From the NCBI GenBank assembly GCA_964035575.1, contig OZ037843.1:1054001-1118000 (forward strand): a DNA stretch of 64,000 bases, written 5' to 3'. The translations under genes and the position numbers were made by a program. Within the stretch, counting starts at the first letter, position 1. Each line of letters starts with the position of its first letter. Shown here in pieces: positions 57,059 through 64,000 of the stretch. The notes under the pieces were generated by a model. That model had not been told where the DNA came from. It made no database searches and saw only the letters and a program-made list of their open reading frames with translations. This DNA is from Rhynchopus sp. YZ270_cl-10. Lineage: Eukaryota.

Positions 57059-58463
57059 ATGTGACATTGTGTGTGTGTTTTTTTTTGCATGTTTACATGT
57101 GTGAAAAAAAGGTAGAGGGTCAGAAAGTTTCGTAGCTTGTTCACTCAAGTTGCAAAATAAAGGGGAAAAATTACGCGCAATTATATTTTGTCTTGCCAGT
57201 TGGATTATTTTTTCAATCTGCGGTCATTTGATTACGACTGAAATACGCTCTTTTACTTTCCCTCCCCCCGCGGAGCAGTGCATGCGCCCGCCGACGAATG
57301 GTGGGGGTTATTTTTTTTGCACTTTTTAACTTCTCCTTTTCTTTTTCTTTTCTTTTTCTCCCACATGAAGACGGCTAGCGACGAGCGGTGGTCCGCTCCC
57401 TGTTATCCCCCACTCCTCAAAATGACTGGGTTTCCACCCACGTCGGAACAACATCCCCTTCGTCTTTCATTTTTCTTTCTTTTTGTAGCAAAACCCTCTA
57501 CGTCTGGCATCGTGGGTGCACTCCGCATCCACGTGCACGACGGTGAAGTAAATGCCTTGACTTTGTCGTTTTACTTTGTCGTTTCACCATTATCAGTCAA
57601 CGATGAAACAAACCACAAAAGTAAAAACACAGGCATGTGCTTTCACCATTGTGCACTCTCCGCTGTGACTATTATTTTTTTGTTGTATGTTCCTGCTCAC
57701 AACCTCCCTCGTGGTAACCGTGTGCAATGAAGTGCTCTCTGGGGGGTTCGATAACCCGTGGGGAACTGGTGCCCTGAAAAGTCCGCCGATGAACGGTGAG
57801 GCGCTGGTACTTTCAACTTCTCTTTTTATTTATATTTTATGCCTCTCAAAAAAAAGAAGGGCTTTTTGCGTTTTGGCACCTGAGATGTGCACTTTATTTA
57901 CATTTTTTTTTTTTTGTTTTTTTTTTTTTTAAAGGGGCACCTTTGCTCTGCATAGTGTTTTCAATTCATTCAACTATTTTTTGAACTGAAATCATGATGA
58001 ATTTAAAATGTTTTGAGTATTGATTCAGTGGTCCAGGCTCTCTTTTGGGTGCTGTCGCCATGCCGACGTCGTAGCTTCGTGCGCCCTGCTGGACTGCAGC
58101 CCCATATGCATAGCCCGATCCTAATCTCACTCACCGCGAAAGCAACTGTTTGGTGGTGGGTGGGCAGGAAAACACTGGTTGTAGGGTTCTGCACACACTC
58201 CCTTTCTTTCCATTTTACTCACCCACCCCCCTTCACCCCGTTTCAAAAAAAAAAAGTTTCCCCCAAGTGTTCCTTCTGCACTTTTGTGTCTTCTCGGTAC
58301 ATTTAGTGCACCCTATTAAACCCATCTATTCAGTAGAATAGTTGGTATATGAAACAATTTCTTCTCCATCTCCACAGCTTGGTGATTTATTTCTTCTTCC
58401 TTTCACTTCACTCAAACCCCCCCTCAGACACAATACACACCCTCCTGGGCACCGCACACCACC

Positions 58464-61400
58464 ATGCCTGGCAAGAAGAGAAGCGCAAGCTCCAAGGGTG
58501 GCGCGCCATCCAAGCGTCGCCGCCAAGCTGAAGAGGACGATGAGTTTGACCTGCACGGCCTCGATGGGGAGGACTTCAATGACACCGCACTGGCACCTAT
58601 GGGGGAGATCGATGGGGACGACGCGGACATCCACTTTGACAACAGACGTCGCGTGCATGCAGATGAGACCTTAATTGACCCTACACAGGCGCATAAGACA
58701 GAGGCGCAGGGTATCGAAGCTGGGCAAGGAGACATTGATAAGGAGGAGGCCGAGCTTGCGGCAGAGCAGCAGAAGCGGAAGCTGGCGGGGTATGCGGAGG
58801 AGGATTTCATGGGGGATTTTGCGATGGAGGCTGCACCAGCGAAGGGAAGCAAGAAACGCTCCGGTGCAGCAGCGCACCAGCGTGACATGGACGCACTCTC
58901 GCAGTTCCTTACAACAGCAGAGACCAGCTTCGCGGCAGAAAAGGTGTCAACAGACTACGCAACTCTCTCAGCAGAGGACAAGCGTGCACTCCTCGACAAG
59001 GACGCCCCAGAGCTCCGCGCGATGCTGGCGGACTTCAAGGAGAAGCTGACGACGGTGCGTGATGTGCTCTCCCCGACCCTTCAAAAAGTGCAGGATGGGG
59101 AGCTGGAGACCAACAAGGGTGTGGGGTTCCTTGAGATGAAGGTATGTGTCTTAAGAGAAAAGAAACTCCACCACACACACACACACAGATGCATTTGTTC
59201 CTCACGTACCTGATGCACCTGTCGTTCTACCTCCTCCTCAAGGCAGAAGGAAAGCCGGTGAAGGGCAACCCAGTTATCGAGTATGTCTCCACTCCCACTT
59301 CCTTTTTTTTTGTTGAAAAGATGAAAATCCTCGAAATGAATTAACTGGGTCCCACCCGGTGCTGTACCATACTGTTGAAGGGGTTATTGTATTTCAAGTC
59401 AACGTTTTTATTTCGATGTAAACCACGAAATGGATGTAGACTTGCATGGTTGAGGGTCCACCAAGGTACACTCTTCGAGGCTTTGTATTTCAATTCAACC
59501 CTTATTTTGTTTTGCTCCGGCAATTCTAATAATCTACCAAAAAAAATCAGAAAACTTGTTGAACTTCGTGCGTACATCGACAAATTGAAGCCTGTCGAGA
59601 AGAAGCTGCATCACCAGATCAGCCGTCTTCTCAGCCGCGCGGCCGTCCGCGCAGCAGGCGGCACTGTTGCAGGAACCGACAAGCCGAACCTCGACGCTCT
59701 GGCCGACGCCTCCGACGACGGCGAGACAACCACCTACGTGGCGCAGAAGCACGGTGGTGCGCGTCTCAGCAAAGATGAGAAGAGACTACGCGAAGACCGC
59801 CTGCTCTCAATGGCCGCCAAGGCTAAGGGCGATATGGAGGAGGGTCAGATGGCTCGCGCCACAACGACCCGCAAGAAGGACAAAATCCTCAAAAACGCAA
59901 AAGCAAACTTCTCCCTCCCCAGCGACGACGGGGACGATGAGGAAGGTGCCGGGATCGACCCGATGCTCGCAGGCACGCTGGCTGACCCAAACGCTACTCT
60001 TATGTCTCGTGTCAAGCAGAGGCAAGCAGACAAGATTGTGCAACAGCAGCGTATGCAGGAGGAAGACGAGGAAGAAAGCGACGAAGAAGGGGATGAGGGC
60101 GACGAGGAAGGTGAGGAAGGCGAGGAAGAGGCGGAAGAGGGCGAGCTCAAGGAGTTCCTCGCCGAGGAGCTGGCGCGGGTCGACGGCGAGAAACGGCGGA
60201 AAAAGCGTGTCGCAAACGAGAACCGTCAGTTCGGAGGCAAGAAAGAAGAGGATCTCGGACAGCGCGGTATGTAAAAAGCCATTTGATTTTCAATCCATCA
60301 CCAATATCCGATAAAACCGCATCGTACCAACTAAATAAGAGGACGAATGGAGTTTTTTTTTTTTTTTTTCTGTGAGGAGAAAACCAAAATGGAAATGAAG
60401 CCTGCGAAATGATGGAGGTTTTTTTTCGTACCTACCCCCCCCCGTGTATATGTCCTGTGCATATGTCCGTGTTGGCCGAGGCTCGGACATATACACATGT
60501 TTTCGGACATATACACATCCCGGACATATGCACAGTTCAGTGTATACAGTGTACAGTGTACAGTGGCAAAAACCCATTCCGAGCTTTCCGGCCGGTGCGT
60601 TGGCGGGGCATCTCTCCTCATGTTTTCGGAGAGGGTTTTTCGGGGGATAGGGTTGAAGAAGGGGGAAAATGGGTCAAATACGAGAGGGGGCGGTTGTGAA
60701 CCATCCCGCCACCAGGCCTCTCCTCCTCTGTGCAGCCTTGAGAGCTTTGTAGCCACCGGCGAGTCACAAGCCGTAGGTACATACAAAGAACGCGTAACCC
60801 TGCGCTCGCGGAGGTACACCTTAAAAATTATACCGCTCGCTTCGCTCGTGGAGGTACACCTTCAAAAAATTTTCCGCTCGCTTCGCTCTCGGAGGTACGC
60901 CTTCAAAAAATTTTCCGCTCGCTGCGCTCTCGGAGGTACACCTTCAAAAATTTTTCCGCTCGCTACGCTCGCGGAGGTACACCTTAAAATTTTTTTCCCG
61001 CTCGCTTCGCTCGCGGAGGTACACCTTAGGGCAGATTTTTACCTCTCACACGGACATATACACCTGTACCTGTGTATATGTCCGGAAAATTTTCAGAAAA
61101 GTCCCGGACATATACACATCAAAATGGGTCCGGACATATACACGGGGGGGGGGGGGGGTAGGTAATGTTTTATGGGAAAAAAGGAAGAACAAAACAGTGT
61201 GGTTTCCAGGGACTATAAAAATACGAAGTGCAATTCAAATTCTTTCGACAATGAATCACACACACACCACACAGCGGGAGAGGTGCTGGAAGGTCACCGT
61301 AAGATTTCGAAGGAAATCACAAAGAACCGTGGACTGGTGCCCGAGAGGAAGAAGAAGTTCAAGAACCCGCGCGTCAGGTCGAAGTACCGTGCCGAGAAGC

Positions 61401-61516
61401 AGTCGAACAAGGTCAAGAACCAGATCAAGCCTATTATCAAACCCCTTCACAAGTACCGTGGAGAGAAGAGCAAGATCCGTACCGATATTGTTCGCAGTAT
61501 CCCCATGCGCACATAA
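58464..61516 (+). CDS. SAS10: Sas10/Utp3 SSU processome subunit; exons 58464-59141, 59189-59280, 59551-60266, 61275-61516
   Basis: Three GTATGT...AG introns give one continuous frame. Sas10/Utp3/C1D-like FLEMK|MHLFLTYLMHLSFYLLLK..NPVIE|KLVELRAYIDKLKPVEKKL, and the C-terminal RKISKEITKNRGL..KNPRV..YRGE..IRTDIVRSI domain. Confidence 0.92.
60431..61162. mobile_element. MITE inside SAS10 intron 3
   Basis: TA|cctac(C)ngtgtatatgtcc ... ggacatatacac(G)ntagg|TA; internal ~40-bp tandem repeats (cgctcgcttcgctcgcggaggtacacctt). Confidence 0.8.
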
Positions 61517-62665
61517 GGGGTTTTTTACTTTTTTTTTTTTTTGTTTTTGTTTTTTGTTTTTGGGGTGGGTATTTTGCATGAATCAGCGGAGGGTTTTGAA
61601 GGGAAAATGGGGCCTTCTTTTTGTCTTGCTTTTTTTTGGCTGTTTTTTTATTTTATTTATTTTTTGTGGTGTTTTGCAGAGGCTTACGTTTGAGGGTTTT
61701 ATTGTGTTTATTTTTTTTGTGCAGCTGTCTCCGTACCCTCACCAGATCACTCACCCCACATAGGAAAAATAGTAATCAAAGAAGAGAAAGAAACAAACAA
61801 AAGGTTTGGCGAGGTGTCTGTCATCTCAATCAAGGTTTCTTTTCAGTTTTTTTCTTCTTTTTTATGTGAGATTTATTTTAAAGTTTTTCGTAAGGTGACC
61901 CTGTTTTCAGTCTTTAGCAGACGTATGTGTCGCACACATCCACAGCTAAGTGTTGTAAACAATTTTTTTTGTCACAATTTGACTTTCGATCAACAGAAGG
62001 TAGTGTGTGCATCAACGTCACACTCACCGAGATAGCAGGTGGCCTAGTCACTACCCTGCTTCCGTTTTTATCAGAATTTTTTTTTTTAATTTTTATTTGC
62101 TTCCGAAGCGAGTCAGTGCGAACAGAAGACGGGAGAAACAAAAGGGAAAGAGAAGAACAAATAAGAAAAAAAATCTGGGGGGGGGGGGGGGGGGGTCAAA
62201 AATATCAGGTCTATAGGTCAAACAAGGCATAACAGTTCCCCCTCTTTTTTCCCCCTTAGCAATGTGGTGTAAGCTTACCCTACAGTCAACGAGAAGGGAT
62301 CTGGCAATTATTCCAGACACAGTGCAGCTTCTTCCCTTCTCCCTGGCCCCGTTTGTTTTAACGTAAACAACAAACAAACAACAGTTCAGGCTGGATAGGT
62401 CGTAAATAACATACTAAGTAACGTGCCCTTTCTCTCTGAATTTCACGCCCCTCTACAACACTACCAAGAAACAGAGCACAAAGCTCTTGAAAACATTTTC
62501 AAACCCCCTCCCCGTACATGCCATGCTCGTCATGCCCTATTCGTCAATGAGCAACTCGAAACGGGGTTTGCAAAGAAGAACACAACCACGCGGAGTTTTG
62601 CGCTTTTCAACTCCCCCCTTTTAGTCAATCACAGAGGAAAAAAAAAAAACACAAATACCAAAAAT

Positions 62666-62866
62666 ATGGCAAAAAGCAACAACCAGCGCCGTGCAGTAGC
62701 GAAGAACGGTGGCCCCGCCTTCAAGCCGAAGTCCTTCAAATCGAAGGCGAAGAAGGCGTCCATCAAATCGCAGATCGAGCAGACCAAAAAATTCAACAGC
62801 AAAAAACGCGGAGGTGGCCCGAGAAGCAAGCGTCAAATCGCAAAGGACTTCAAGGGCAAGAAGTAG
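62666..62866 (+). CDS. Small, very basic hypothetical protein (66 aa)
   Basis: MAKSNNQRR...KDFKGKK; codon style like SAS10 (aag, gcc); A-rich leader. Confidence 0.6.
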   Translation: MAKSNNQRRAVAKNGGPAFKPKSFKSKAKKASIKSQIEQTKKFNSKKRGGGPRSKRQIAKDFKGKK

Positions 62867-62991
62867 TAACACTGTCCCAACGGGGAAGAGAAGGGGAAAG
62901 GGGGTCGATATCAGCAAGGTGTCGGAGGTCTACACTATATAACCAACAACGGCGTTACCTTGGGCGCAACCATGTGTGTGTGTGTGTGTTT

Positions 62992-63091
62992 GATAGAGAA
63001 ATAGGGTTATACCATCTATTCAGTAGAATAGTTAGTATATGAAACAATTGATAGAGAAATAGGGGTAATTCTTGCGCAGAATATGGCCCAT
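62992..63091 (-). mobile_element. 5'-truncated 3' end related to the LINE at 194-8223
   Basis: Shares tttgata...taggggtaattcttgcKcagaatatggccc with 191-232; flanked by catgtgtRtgtgtgtg(tg)tt direct repeats (62971-62990, 63092-63109). Confidence 0.78.
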
Positions 63092-63417
63092 CATGTGTAT
63101 GTGTGTGTTCATGTGCAAATGAAGGTCAGATCAGGATCATGAGTGGAGCAGGATGGATAAAGGACAGCTTTCGCGTGAGGGAGAGGAGGGGAGGCTGGCC
63201 TGGAGGGGGGGGGAAAATAAAGTAGCGGAGCATACTCTAGGGTGGCTGCACTAATACAAACAAAAAGTTTTCAAAAAAAAAAAAAAAAAAATGTGGTGTA
63301 CTGTGCTGTGTTGGGGTGTTGTGTTGTATGGGCAGGGGATGGACTGTGAGGATTTCTCAGAGCTATCTTTTGTTTGTGCTTTTTTGTTATTTTTTTTTTA
63401 TTTTTTTTAAATACCTG

Positions 63418-64000
63418 CCAGAGGTTTTTTTAGGGACCGGTTTTTTTGAGCTTAGGGGGGGTGAGATGTTTTTTGAGCAAAAAAAAATTTCGCGCGCTTC
63501 GCGCGCGAAGACCCTGGAGAAGCTAGTTTGTGGGGGTTTTGGAATCCGTCCGCGCTGTGGTGGGGTCAATTTGACGAAATGGGCAAGTTCTTGCTTTGGT
63601 CAAAATGGGTGTAAGGAAAAGGGGCCAGTGAAAACATAGAGGATAATATACGAGGGTGAAATGGGTCAAGGGCTGCCCGCCGCAGGCGGAAAATTTTAAT
63701 ATCATGCACTTTTTTGGGGTCAGCAACGAGTACCATGTCATGGGAAGAGTGTGATGCTAGCTTGCGCCGCAGGCGCACGGTACGCTACTTTTATTGTTTC
63801 GCCACATCCTTTTTCTCATTCCCCGTTGGGTTCTACGAGTTTCGTCCGTCAAATGCTAGAAACACTTGTAGTTTATAGTGACTAAGTCTTTGGAAAACAC
63901 GCCCACCCTCTAACTTGCTCCTCGAATCACCCAGTTCACAAGCATTCTCACCCCCCCTAAAAACTCAAAAAAATATCGTGAGAGGGGGTGAAACCCCCCC
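63418..64000 (+). repeat. Second copy of the repeat at 11359-11978 (runs off the window)
   Basis: Colinear high similarity. Confidence 0.88.

Noticed and set aside
60805..61030. ~40-bp repeats as a possible CRISPR array
   Set aside because: They are tandem degenerate units without unique spacers, lie inside an intronic MITE of a eukaryotic gene, and no cas genes are present.
1..64000. Spliced-leader RNA, tRNA, rRNA genes or telomeric repeats
   Set aside because: None recognised by eye; a covariance-model search would be needed to exclude them.

Overview
Repeat-dominated eukaryotic genomic DNA with GT-AG introns and CA-rich acceptors. The gene style suggests a euglenozoan or diplonemid-like protist, which is an inference. 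(1) An intact ~8 kb non-LTR retrotransposon (194-8223, minus strand). Its ORF2 has the order OTU protease, AP endonuclease, RT, Zn finger, archaeal-type RNase H, then two Cys/His repeats. It sits in a (TG)nTTT site with an apparent TSD, and a truncated relative at ~63 kb uses the same kind of site. (2) Two contiguous trains of nine different TIR transposons (26558-36673 and 40469-48132), joined end to end at CCTAGG or poly-G/C junctions. They include a hAT transposase, a divergent frameshifted DDE transposase and several foldback elements. (3) Eight microsatellites with 5-9 bp units that all share a GTAC or GTATAC core. (4) A decayed DIRS-order-like RT/RNase H remnant, MITEs and short poly(A) retroposons. 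(5) Host genes: two tandem membrane pseudo-nucleotidyl cyclases, a 4-exon SAS10/UTP3 gene and several hypothetical proteins. All calls come from reading motifs by eye; no searches were run.
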